Positions 11,770-23,190 of a stretch of DNA of 64,000 nt are shown one piece after another. How positions within the stretch are numbered: the stretch's first letter is position 1; each line of letters opens with the position of its first letter. The notes beneath the pieces are model-generated. The model saw only the letters and a program-made list of their open reading frames with translations. It did no database searches and had not been told where the DNA came from. The DNA is from Octopus sinensis. Lineage: Eukaryota. The DNA lies in the NCBI RefSeq assembly GCF_006345805.1, contig NC_043012.1, positions 14,880,001 to 14,944,000 on the forward strand. Reading direction: 5' to 3'. A program made the position numbers and the translations under genes.

Positions 11770-11965
11770 AGTAACTCCCTTTTATAAGGAGAGTTTACAA
11801 AAAAACAAAAGATGAAGACAGGTGGTGTACAAAACAAACAAGTGTATTAGTATAACACTCAGGAATAGAAAATGTCTTTTACGTTTCGGGCCTACGCTCT
11901 TCTACAGAAAGGGACACAGAAAAAACAAGGAGAGAAAAAAATGTGTGTAGTGGCTAACGATCTAT
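11770..11965 (-). mobile_element. Short Penelope-like/retrozyme-type unit carrying a variant hammerhead
   Basis: Homologous in opposite orientation to 22145-22340; both contain the hammerhead fold. Confidence 0.65.
11876..11911 (-). ncRNA. Minimal type-I hammerhead-like motif with non-canonical core CUGUAGA
   Basis: Minus strand reads CTTT-CTGTAGA-A-GAGC GTAG GCCC-GAAA-CG-T-A-AAAG: stem I CTTT/AAAG, stem II with one mismatch, palindromic ACGT stem III, H17 = A. Confidence 0.65.
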
Positions 11966-12512
11966 CCTTTTGATTCAAATACATTCATTTAAATAGCTGC
12001 AGTTTCAGTTTCCGTATCCCACAAACTTATCCGTGTATGTAAGGAAAGTTGTCTTTTAATGTCCACTTCTCCAAGCTTGCATGGGTTGGATAGGTTTTTC
12101 ATTGTCTGACAAACACAAACATAGAAAATTGGTTATCTTTGTTGTTTTGTATGTAATTTTTTGTTTCTGGAATGGTTTTTATTGCTGAATGCCTATCCTA
12201 TCACCAACCATTTCAGAGCATAAACTATCCTGTTAGCAGTGGAAACTTTCTCTGCAGCTAGATTAAAGTGTCTCCTCTCTCTTGCTCACCTAGATGTGTG
12301 TTAGCTGCTTATACCAAATTCTATATCCCACCCGCCCCTCTCTTTCCCCCTCTCTTTCACACACACACACACACACAAAGGTTTTTAAACTGCATGGCTT
12401 AGGGTTCGGTCCCACTATACAGCACCTGAAGCAAGTGTCTTTAATTATAGCCTCAAGTTGACCAATGCCTTGCGAGGAAATTTGGTTGACTTGATAGAAT
12501 GAAATAAATTTA

Positions 12513-12571
<59 letters not shown>

Positions 12572-12851
12572 GAATGTTTACAAAAACTATGCTGGTTCAT
12601 GGCTTTGGTCAGTGATGTCACCATTTGTGGTTGGCCTGTAACATTTGTTGACACTTTCTGTAAACAAATTATCCATTACTTTAACACTTTCAAATTCCTC
12701 TAAAATATAAACCTCCCTTACTTGAAAAACAGGCAAGTGTTGGTGACAGGAAGTGCATCCAGCTGTAAAAATCCTGCCTCACCTTTTGCCCAAGCCATGC
12801 TGGCATGGAACAACGGACATTAAACGAACTATCAAATGTCTACCTGTTTAA

Positions 12852-13070
12852 CCCTTTAGCATTTAAACTGGCCATGTCCGGCAGCCTGAATGTTCTGTTT
12901 TATTTTAAAACTGACCAGATCCAACCTCTCACACCTACCCTACAATGTCATTCTAAAAATATACAAACACACCACTGAAATCTCGCAGCCACAAGAGAAT
13001 GTATGATTCATTCAAAGCAACGTGAATAAATAAGCAATACATTTGACAAAGAAATCCGAATGCTAAAAAA
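12852..13070. mobile_element. TTAA piggyBac-like MITE
   Basis: TTAA|CCCTTTAGCATTTAAAC ... ATGCTAAAAAA|TTAA. Confidence 0.8.
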
Positions 13071-13324
13071 TTAAATGTCTTGGCCTTGAGGCAAGAAGCA
13101 CAAGTCATTCATTTTTTTTTATATTATGATTTATTTGGTAAACTCATTAGAAATATACTGGCAAGCTTGTTTACTATGATGCAGCGGGGAAACCATTCTA
13201 GAACTTGCAAACAAATTTTCAGCATATGTATGTGGTTTGTCAGATGTAATTCTGAGTATTGACTGAGTGAAATGTCATCTTTCAGTAAGTAAATTACTAA
13301 TGCTACAGCTTGTGTTGTGTAGTT

Positions 13325-13518
13325 GGTATATTTTGTACAATGTAAAGAAATGAATATATAAATAACACATTGGCGTTAGGAAGGGCATCCAGCTGTAGAA
13401 ACATTGCCAAATTAGACTGGAGCCTGGTGCAGCCTTCTGGCTTCCTAGATCCCGGTCGAACCGTCCAACCCATGCTAGCATGGAGAACGGACGTTAAACG
13501 ACGATGATGATGATGATG
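13325..13518 (+). mobile_element. SINE family C, 3' part
   Basis: AGGAAGGGCATCCAGCTGTAGAAAC ... CATGCTAGCATGGAGAACGGACGTTAAACGACGATGATGATG tail. Confidence 0.8.
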
Positions 13519-13861
13519 AATGATGTGACAGAAGTAATGTAACCCAGAACTGACAACATAAGTAATAATACACTACGTATATTTGATTAATCATTTGTCA
13601 AGCAGAATGGTGCAGCAGAAGCATGCTGGGCTCCTAACCCAGAGGTCTAGAGATCAAAATTACACTCTGCAAAGAAATGGATACTAATTTTGATATTAAT
13701 GCATCACAACTGTGTTACCTACAAATATACCAACCAGTACATGTATATATACCTACAAGGGTTAGAATAAATTATATAATTTATACTAACCCTTGTAGGT
13801 ATATATACATGTACTGGTTGGTATAATGTCAAAACAAGGAGGAACAGCACACACACGTGCA

Positions 13862-13863
<2 letters not shown>

Positions 13864-13947
<84 letters not shown>
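13864..13947. repeat. (AC)n microsatellite
   Basis: About 42 AC units seen directly. A similar tract lies at 12514-12566. Confidence 0.97.
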
Positions 13948-13950
<3 letters not shown>

Positions 13951-13984
13951 TGTGTGTGTATGATGAGCTCCCTTCAGTTTCTTA

Positions 13985-14200
13985 ATTCTTTATTACCCAC
14001 AAGGGGCTAAACAAGAACAGACAAACGGTTTAAGTCAATTACATTGACCCCAGTACATAACTGGTACTTAATTTATTGACCCCGAAAGGATGAAAGGCAA
14101 AGTCGGCCTTGGCGGAATTTGAACTCAGAACGTAAAGACAGTCGAAATACCGCTAAGCATTTCACCTGCCGTGCTAACGTTTCTGCCAGCTTGCCGCCTT
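13985..14200 (-). mobile_element. SINE family B nested in a family A copy
   Basis: Full reverse complement of family B; TTCAGTTTCT of the host recurs on both sides. Confidence 0.85.
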
Positions 14201-14879
14201 TCAGTTTCTGTCTACCAAATCCTCTTGCAAATCTTTAACCTAAAGTGATGCATACTGCGATTGAACCCCAAATCATAATGTTGGGAAGGGAGCTTCATAA
14301 CCACACGGCCATGCCTCCTCCATCTGTTATCATTCTTAATTTTTTTTTTTCATTTTACTAGAAATGTTAGAACACTGTACTAAATGTTTTACAGTCTATC
14401 TCTCTCATGTATATATATCATTTGCTTCCTTATGTTTTAAGTTCAAATTCTGTCAAGGTTGACCTTTTCTCTCTTTCTTCTTTAAATACCAGTTATAAAC
14501 TGCATTCATTTAATTCAATCAACTATACCTTTCTTGTCTTGACTAACTGACTTTGTGTTTATTATCATTGTTGTTATTGTTGGGCAACCAGCTGTCTGAA
14601 TCATTGGCACCAGACAAACTGCTTTGTGGCATTTCATCTCTCTTCATGTTCTTAGTTCCAATTTGGCTGAGGTTGACTTTTGCCTTTGTGGAAATAGATT
14701 ATTGTTATTAAAATGAAAAGCAGAAAATGCTGAGTATACCAAATGAAATATGTCAAATAACGAGTAGAGTAAATACCATTCCAAATTAGTAATTCAAAAT
14801 ATAATAGGTTTGCTTTGCTTATATACAATTTTAGGTTGTCTTTTTCAATAATTTGTTTTGAAATCTCTCTCTCCCTTTC

Positions 14880-14927
<48 letters not shown>

Positions 14928-15202
14928 ATGATAAATTTAACCTCTCTGTCTATATATCTACCCTCTTTGTAATGTTGGCAAATGAAATAAGTATAAAAAT
15001 GTACATTGTCCATTTAATTAAAAAAATTCTATATGTGGCTGAAGATTGCTTTACATTTTAAAACTGATAATACTTACAGTGTTAATAAAATGAAGTAGCA
15101 TGAAACGATTGTACTACACTACCTTGGATATCCTTGTTTTTATTTTTTATTTTATCTAGTTTCAGCTCATGAGCTGTGGCCATGCTGGGGCAGCTTATTT
15201 TG

Positions 15203-15251
<49 letters not shown>

Positions 15252-15255
<4 letters not shown>

Positions 15256-15785
15256 TTTGGGTAGAAATGACTTATGTCCCTCTTAGCGTGAGGCATTTAT
15301 ATGTAATAATGCCCTCTATATAATATAAATTAATATGTTCAATAAGAAAGAATTATTTTCGAAATTTTTCTCTTATGAGGTTTTTCACGCTATCTACCTG
15401 ATAATTTCTTGTTAAGATTCCTTATTAAGAAGTTATCCTTAATTGTTAAATTTATTCCGAAAAAACTTTTCCTACCCGAAATGCAGTTCGAAGAAGCCCG
15501 CCATTTACCGGATATATGATTTGTAAACTTCTCCATGTGCTTCGTTAGAGTAGAGCAGTTGGCTGTTCGACTTCGACGGTACTGGTCATTTATTTATGAT
15601 ATGTTCAGAATCAGTCTTACTGATGAGCATGGACGCGAAATCACAGGTGATATAAGACTAAATTCATTTTTTAAATGTCTTGCTTTGAAAAACTGCATTG
15701 GGTATGATTAGTAAAATTTTTGGTAGAAATGACTTATGTCCCTCTTAGCGTGAGGCATTTATATGTAATAATGCCCTCTATATAA

Positions 15786-15789
<4 letters not shown>
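15252..15789 (+). mobile_element. Terminally redundant 462-bp unit with a hammerhead ribozyme (Penelope pLTR / non-LTR retrozyme-like)
   Basis: ~76-bp direct repeats at 15252-15327 and 15714-15789 (period 462), flanked on both sides by (TA)n, with an intact hammerhead inside. Confidence 0.8.
15613..15659 (+). ncRNA. Type-I hammerhead ribozyme, intact core
   Basis: AGTCTTA-CTGATGA-GC ATGGAC GC-GAAA-TCAC AG GTGA-TA-TAAGACT: perfect 7-bp stem I, canonical CUGAUGA/GAAA core, 2-bp stem II, closed stem III, AUA cleavage triplet (cut predicted after 15652). Confidence 0.9.
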
Positions 15790-15838
<49 letters not shown>

Positions 15839-15839
<1 letters not shown>

Positions 15840-16461
15840 TAGCAGTATCGCCCGGCGTTGCTCGGGTTTGTAAGGGAAATAACTATATAAGCATTTTTAG
15901 AGAGTTATAGCAAAAAATGCATTAAAATGGAAAAAATATGATGGTAAATTTTTTTTTAAATCGTTGACTCATCGTAGACATTTTTAGAGAGTTACTTCCC
16001 TTATATAATAGCGAAAAAATGCATTAAAATGGAAAAAAAACGATGGTAAATTTCTTTTTAAATCGTAGACTCATGTAGACGCTTTCTTAGCCATTTCTGT
16101 TTTGCTGTCTTCAAGCCATGAAGTCGTTGTTCTAAAAGAACACTGGTCTCCTTGACAACGCATTACGACGTTGATTTCCTTACACTCCCTTCCCCACAGG
16201 TGCAGGTGTGAGCGTGGACGCCAACTCCGCCGCCATCGACACACGAAAAATTATGCATTAAAATGGAATAAAAAATGATGTTAAATTATTTTTAAAATCG
16301 TAGACTCATCGTAGACGCGCGCTAATATTCAGACGGGCTCGATATGAATCACGACTATAAGCTACCCGAATTTGGTTAAACTGCACCGCAAAGTGGGAGT
16401 AGTTAGGAATCTAAATCGAAGGGGACAGACACTCACACAACTACAGTTTTATATATATAGA
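15839..16461 (-). mobile_element. Non-autonomous Helitron
   Basis: Minus strand has A|TC 5' end at 16461, CCCGAGCAACGCCGGG hairpin and CTAG|T 3' end at 15839. Inserted in (TA)n; internal ~100-bp repeats. Confidence 0.85.
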
Positions 16462-16559
16462 TATACATAGCGCAGTAGTGGTGAGATGTGACAGCAAAGA
16501 AAAGCATACATTCACTCTCTGCATGCAATTAGACTCGGAAAGTTCGTGAGGAACCCATT

Positions 16560-16880
16560 GACCCAATTTGCTGACTTTTCCGATAGCACACAGGTGTCAA
16601 TGAATGGTTGAATGACCAAATCCAAGCTTCTCTGCTAGTTCCTCAACAGTTACGATGAGATTTTGTTCCACCAGGGTTTTCAGGATGTCCTTGTCGAGTT
16701 CTACAGATCTTTCAGGATGAGGCTCGTCTTCTAGGCTGTAGTTTATGGCTCGGGATTTCTGGAACACCATTGACACTGCCTTACGCTTATTGTCCAATCC
16801 CCATATACTGCATTAATATTTCTTGTAGTTTGCACACATTTATATTCTGTTATTCTTTTATATGTTTCAGCCTTGAGGTT
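16560..16880 (-). mobile_element. Mariner transposase 5' fragment
   Basis: Translations TTRNINAVYGDWTISVRQCQW and SLEDEPHPERSVELDKDILKTLVEQN..TVEELAEKLG match the mariner HTH region. Confidence 0.85.
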
Positions 16881-17156
16881 GTGGTCATGCTGGATCATGT
16901 GTGTGTGTGTGTGTGTGTCTATCTGTCTGTCTGTCTGTATGTATATATGTATATGTATGTGTGTGAACAATAATATTTTCAACAGATGTGTTGCAAATGT
17001 ATCTGATTCTTCTCAAGCTTCAATACTGTGTGTGTGTGTATGTGTGTGTGTGTATGTATGTATGTATATGTATGTATGTATGTATATGTATGTATGTGTG
17101 TATGTATGTATGTGTGTATGTATGTATGTGTGTGTGTGTATGTATGTGTGTGTGTA

Positions 17157-17187
<31 letters not shown>

Positions 17188-17364
17188 ATGTATGAGTGTA
17201 TGTTTACTTTATTACTAACACAAGCCACTATGGTTATTTAATGTAAAGTTTTCCTCAAATCACTCTCTCTCTCGCTATTTACTCTCTTCCAAGAACATTT
17301 TCACTCACTCTTAGCTCTTAGCTTCCATACATTTTACTCATGTATCTATCAGCGTCATAGACAG

Positions 17365-17677
17365 AATACTTTCAGTTTAGCCTTCCTCAAATCACTCTGT
17401 CGCTATTTACTTTCATTTTATTCGTTGCCCACTGTGTGTGTGCGTTTGCGTGTGGTGTAAACCAGACTAAGAAAAGCATTTGACACACACACCAGAATGT
17501 GAGTTTTCTGTAAATTTTGCTTAATTGGAGTTTAAATTTTAAAAACTGGACCTGGCATGACGCGATGCATTGTACTGTTAAAAATGCTAGGTAAATTGTA
17601 ATTGACGAAATCCTATATTGTAGATTTGTATAACTCCCAAAGGGAGGCAGATAAAATCTGCCTTTTATAATAAGAGA
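17365..17677 (-). mobile_element. Helitron family 2, 5'-terminal segment (copy 1)
   Basis: A|TCTCTTATTATAAAAGGCAG start on the minus strand with AGGCAGATAAAATCTGCCT hairpin. Near-identical to 18781-19093. Confidence 0.7.
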
Positions 17678-17705
17678 TAATAATATATATATATATATAT
17701 ATATA

Positions 17706-18089
17706 CTAGCAGTATCGCCCGGCGTTGCTCGGGTTTGTAAGGGAAATAACTATATAAGCATTTTTAGAGTTATAGCCAAAAAATAGCAAAAAAATGCATT
17801 AAAAATTGAAAAAGAATTAAGGTAAATTTTTTTTTAAATCGTTGACACATCGTAGATATTTTTAGAGAGTTACTTCCCTTATATAAAAGTGAAAAAAATG
17901 CATTAAAATGGAAAAAATATGATGGTAAATTTTTTTTAAATCGTAGACTCACGCTAATACCCAGAAGGGCTCGATATGAATCACGACTATAAGATACCCG
18001 CTTTTGGTTAAACTGCACCGCAAAATGTGGGAGTAGTTAGGAATCTAAATCGTAGGAGACAGACACACAACTTCACTCTTATATAAAGA
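17706..18089 (-). mobile_element. Non-autonomous Helitron, same family as 15839-16461
   Basis: Same CTAG/hairpin end (CTAGCAGTATCGCCCGGCGTTGCTCGGG) and A|TCTTTATAT 5' end; shorter interior. Confidence 0.85.
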
Positions 18090-18780
18090 TGCTTTTTTTT
18101 TTTCAGTCATAGAGTTAGATTTATGAAGGTCTTCAGTAGAAAATCCTTCGAATTCTGACTCGCTGCTTGATATAATGAAATTCGTATCCATTTTTTGTCA
18201 GAATTACAAATTTTGAAAACACAATAGGAACAAATTTCGGAAAAAAATCTCCCATAATTCACGGAATTAAAATTACACTTCGATTTTTGTACAGAACTGT
18301 AGTTGAAGTGTTTACGAAGTATAATACGTGTTTTCACAAATGTACTAAAGAGATTAGCTCTGATATTCTCATTTAAATATGAATAGGTAAATTCGGGCGG
18401 CTTGGTAACTATATATAAGTGTCGTCTGTTTATACATAAACACTGTTTACTAATAACAAACACACACGTGTTTGTATGTAGTTGTATGTGTATGTAGTGT
18501 ATATGTATGTGTATGCGTGTGTGTGAGGAATGACACGCACACACTCACGCACGCACACATGTACATCAATGCTTTCGGAGTGATATGTAAAATATTGAGT
18601 TTTCTCGAATTTTGTCTTAATTGGTGGTAAAATTGAAAGAAATTTTTTATGGCATCACCCACTGAAGTACTCTGAAAAATCTTAGGTAAATTCTAATTGA
18701 AGAAATTGTGTGAGGAGTAAATGGTTATGTATTTATTGTTTCTATTTGCTGTGTTTTTTTATTTTTTGAGTAGTGGTTTA

Positions 18781-19093
18781 AATACCTTCAGTTTAGTCTT
18801 CCTCAAATCACTCTGTCGCTATTTACTTTCATTTTATTCGTTGCACACTGTGTGTGTGCGTTTGCGTGTGGTGTAAACCAGACTAAGAAAAGCATTTGAC
18901 ACACACACCAGAATGTGAGTTTTCTGTAAATTTTGCTTAATTGGAGTTTTTATTTTAAAAACTGGACCTGGCATGACGCGATGCATTGTACTGTTAAAAA
19001 TGCTAGGTAAATTGTAATTGAAGAAATCCTATATTGTAGATTTGTATAACTCCCAAAGGGAGGCAGATAAAATCTGCCTTTTATAATAAGAGA
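18781..19093 (-). mobile_element. Helitron family 2, 5'-terminal segment (copy 2)
   Basis: 313-bp near-identical duplicate of 17365-17677 (offset 1416). Confidence 0.7.
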
Positions 19094-20432
19094 TAAATAG
19101 CAATAGTCAAAGTTCCTAGTATTGAACAAAATCACTATTCAGAAACTAGTATTCCCCAAAATTTCCAGGCAGCCTTGATTATGCTCAGATAATTTGGAGT
19201 TCTGTTTTTGTCAATGAAAAAAAGAGAGGAAATCACCTTCAAGCTGGCTGGTCTAAGTTTACAAATGCACATGGTTCTGTTTCCCGTGTACTTTATTTTA
19301 ATTTTTTTTTTTGCCTTCTGGGGTATGTGAAGGACCATTTACTGCAGTACTTTGGATCAGTAGTTACAGAGATTATGTCCCAAAAATTGGTGATCCACTG
19401 GCATTAAGATGGCTGTACCATTTGCCTCATTTTCTTTATGATGGCTGTAGAGGTGGTTTTCAGAAGGACAAGAGGCTGTTCAGAGGATACCTAGTACTGT
19501 CACCTCTGCATGTAAAGAGAGAAGCTCTCTTAATATTGCTGGAGGAGCAACTCTAGCAATGTGAGTGGCACATCAAAGTCCACCCCCCACCCCCCGCAAA
19601 AAAAAATTAATCATTTAATAACTCAAAGTCAAATAAAAGAATTTTCTTTTGAAACTGGAAAGGAGCATATTCTAACAATTAGGGAGCAAGCAATTAAGTT
19701 CCTAGACTGTATTGATGCAGCCTCCTTAAATTATAGTACAAATGGATTTTGAGATTAAAATCAAATTGTGATGGAGGATTTATTGCCATTGGCAACTGTG
19801 AATTGGCATGAAACATTAAGTCAGTCACTTCTTGTGACTCTCAGGACTTCAAACCTTCAGCATTTAAGCTGGCCGTATCCAGCCAATATATTCTTATTTT
19901 ATGTTGAAACAAACCAGATTTGGCTTCTCATACTTACCTTATAATGTTATTCTAAAGATAAACAATCACATCATGGAAATCTCAAAGCTATGAGATGATG
20001 CATGATTAATTCTGAACATTGTGAATAAACAAACATAACACTCAACATAGGAATCTAAATGCTAAAAGGTAAAAGTACCATTATCAAAAGTGTGGAGAAT
20101 GAAAATGTGTGCTGGCAGTAAGTTAGGGTGTCAATGCACCCGGGTGGCACGAGAAACATCGGAAGGAAGAAACTATTGTTGAATACGAACCAGCTTGTTG
20201 TGATTACTCCTGAGAATAGTCTATGGATGCACATCCATCTCCAGCAAATATTAAACAATGAAGCTGGAGAGAGGTTATGCATTGTTGCATGTTCTGGCAG
20301 CATGCATGTCATTCCTCTCAGTGTTTACCTGACAGCCTCACCAAGTTCTGAAAAGATTAAATGCAGCCAAGCATTTTGCCCAGTGTGCGAACAATGTCTC
20401 TCAGCTCACCACCTTATTCTTCCATAATAATA

Positions 20433-20932
20433 TCGTAAATCCTCGAGTATAATCCGCATTTTTTCCCCAAAATTTAAAGATTAAAATCCCTATATGAGGT
20501 TAAAAATGAGAATTATTTTCTAAGCAATGTCCGAGTCTCTATTTGCTGTCCAGCAATTTTTATTCAGACGCATTTTGTGATGCCGAGCACGAAAATACCT
20601 TAAGCTAAGCCTGAAAGCAATGAAGTCATAAAAGAATCATCCATAACTTACAATAAGCAACATTTATTAAACGTTATTACTGTTATTTCTTTATTTTCTA
20701 CAAACAAAATGCCCAAAAAAGCTACATGTTTGCATTATGTTATATATACAATAATAATAAAGGACATTACTGTATACAGTTTTACAAACCAAGGACGTTA
20801 TATAGACCTCCTTGACTCAAGTTAGAGAAGGGGTGCATAGTATACACAAGGTTTAGGTTTTTCAGAGGTACAGCCTCCTAAAAATCCCCTGCGTATTATA
20901 CTCAAGGGTGGACTATACTCGAGGATTTACAG
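20433..20932. mobile_element. Tc1/mariner-superfamily MITE
   Basis: TA|TCGTAAATCCTCGAGTATA ... TATACTCGAGGATTTACAG|TA TIRs. Confidence 0.88.
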
Positions 20933-20989
20933 TAATTAAAATGGTGATGTAGCTATTTTTCTTAAATATTTTTTTACTTTACTTTTCAG

Positions 20990-21049
20990 GGAACAAATCA
21001 AAATGCTAGTTTACATAATTCCAGTTATAAACCAAGGGAAAATATCTCT
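20990..21049 (+). CDS. Candidate 60-nt symmetric exon (phase 0: GTNQNASLHNSSYKPRENIS)
   Basis: Very strong acceptor (tttttttactttacttttcag) and gtaagt donor; open in two frames. Host transcript unknown. Confidence 0.4.
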
Positions 21050-21576
21050 GTAAGTGTTTCTTCTTTATTCTCCTTTACTCAACAGATATTAGGTATTTGT
21101 TTTAGTTAAAGATCTCATTAAAATTTAGCAGAAATGATATCCAAAGCAAGAGTCTGATTGCTTACAAGTAACAGCAATTTGGGTGAGTTGATGAGAAATG
21201 AAGGAAAACTTTGCAGAATTAAATTACATGTACGTACATGTATGCATGCATGTGCAGGGTGTCCAGGATAAATTTGACAGTTTGCATAAAAGGAACACAA
21301 TATTCCAGCCAAAAATAAATGCATTTAGAAAAAAAATAACAAATATCAACTAGGTTATGACTGGGAGATAAGGGTTTACTCAAAGTAGCTGCCCTCAGCT
21401 TCCACTATGACCTCCAGGGCCTGCCACATGCATTCTACATTGGGTCCCTGGGAAGATCTTCAAACACCTCCATGATCTTAGCTACCATTTTGGCTTTGGC
21501 ATTACAGGCAGAGCAGTTGGTGTTTTTCTTTAACCACACCCGACATATAGTAATACATGGAATTACAATGTATTTA

Positions 21577-21793
21577 GAAGGGGGTGCTGAAAGGTTCCTG
21601 GCTTTAAGGGTATTGCAAAAGGCCTGGTTGGAGGCCTAACCTTCCGAGTTCTTTTACAGGGCTTAGAAAAACTGAAGGATCACTGCAATAAGTGTGTGAA
21701 TCTGAGAGGGGAATATGTAGAATAAAATTATAATTAAGCGATTCTCCTGTATTTCCTTTTACCCAAAGCCAGGTACTTTTCAGCACCCCTTCA
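21577..21793. mobile_element. Mariner-type MITE
   Basis: TIRs GAAGGGGGTGCTGAAAGGTTCCTGGCTTT ... AAAGCCAGGTACTTTTCAGCACCCCTTCA, flanked by TA. Same family as 52977-53461. Confidence 0.85.
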
Positions 21794-22144
21794 TATAGGA
21801 CACTTTTCTCAATGTTTGCCTTCCATTTTACTTTTCATTTTCTCCCAATCTCATTTCCATTCAAATGGAACTTTGTCTACCATCATTGTTCTTTTCATTG
21901 AATCAGCCATAGTTTGTGCTATTATTTTTGTCACATTTTTCTGGTGGATCACTTCACTGTCCACTCTGGTTTCTCACAAAATAGGAAATTGAATTGTTTT
22001 TGCTTTGGTTTCCCACCTTTTATATCCTTTCACAATGTTGATGTCATATTGTTTAGTTGCTCACTATAACAAATTATTTAAGTATGTGTCCTAGTTTTAT
22101 TTAACATTTAATGTCTACTGGGTGGGCTGCAGATATAATAAAAT

Positions 22145-22340
22145 ATTTATTTTCTCTATTTTCTCCCCTTGTTTCTTTCTGTGGAAGAGCATAGGCTCGA
22201 AACATTAAAGACTTTATCACTTCCCGAGCATTATACTAATACATATGTTTGTTGTCTACACCACCTGTCTTCGTCTTTTGTTGTTGTTTTTTTGTGAATT
22301 CTCCCCTATAATATAATATACCTTTATACATTAATATTCT
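22145..22340 (+). mobile_element. Second copy of the variant-hammerhead unit
   Basis: Reverse-complement homolog of 11770-11965. Confidence 0.65.
22175..22210 (+). ncRNA. Minimal type-I hammerhead-like motif with core CUGUGGA
   Basis: CTTT-CTGTGGA-A-GAGC ATAG GCTC-GAAA-CA-T-T-AAAG: perfect 4-bp stem II and 4-bp stem I; stem III CG has decayed to CA. Confidence 0.65.
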
Positions 22341-22824
22341 GATCTCTGTTCCTTGTGAATATGCCCTGACACTTTGACACCATCTTTCTCCTGCTCTCTC
22401 TCTCTTGCACTCTTGCTCTCTCTCTCTCTCTCTGTAACCATGTATCTTCTCTACTGTAGTACACCTGTTTCTGTCCTCACTCTTGATCACACACTCTCTC
22501 TCTCTCTCTCTCTCTGTCACACTGTAACCTTTCATCATCTGACACAAGATCACCTCCTCCAATGCCCCATCCCCTCTCAAAGGATCTTTGTCTTGCAAGT
22601 TACTTGGTGACCCTTCCAGTGCTGGTGCCACATAAAAAGCATCCAGTCCACTCTGCTGTATGGTTGGTGTTAGGAAGAGCATCCAGCCATAAAAACCTTG
22701 CCAAAACAGACACAAAAGTCTGTTGCTGTCTTCTACCTGGCCAGCTTCTGTCAAAGCAGACATTAAACAACAATAATGATGATGATGATGATACATTATT
22801 TGGTGGCATATATCTCATTATCCT

Positions 22825-23190
22825 ATACTTATTTCAGTCATTAGACTGCGGCCATGCTGGGGCACTGCCTTGGAGAATTTTTAGCTGAATGAATCAACCC
22901 CAGGATTTCTTCTTTTTCTTTTTTAAGCCTGGTACTTATTCTATTGGTCTCTTTGCTGAACTGCTAAGTTATGGGTATGTAAACACACCAGCACCATTTG
23001 TCAAGCAGTGGCAGGAGACAAGTGCGTGTGCGTGCACATGCACACACCCACACACACATACATGCTGGGCTTCTTTCAGTTTCTGTCTACCAAATCCACT
23101 CACAAGGCTTTGGCTGGCCCAAGGTACCATGCAGTGAGACTGAACTTGGGACCATGTGGTTAGGAAGCAATCTTCTCACCACACAGCCAC
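22825..23190 (-). mobile_element. SINE family A
   Basis: Full-length reverse complement with internal (CA)n. Confidence 0.85.

Noticed and set aside
13244-13285. Exon candidate ending at gtaagt
   Set aside because: Stops in all frames from either acceptor.
15330-15600. Possible GIY-YIG remnant on the minus strand of the hammerhead unit
   Set aside because: Resemblance is vague and the orientation is opposite to the ribozyme; treated as non-coding.
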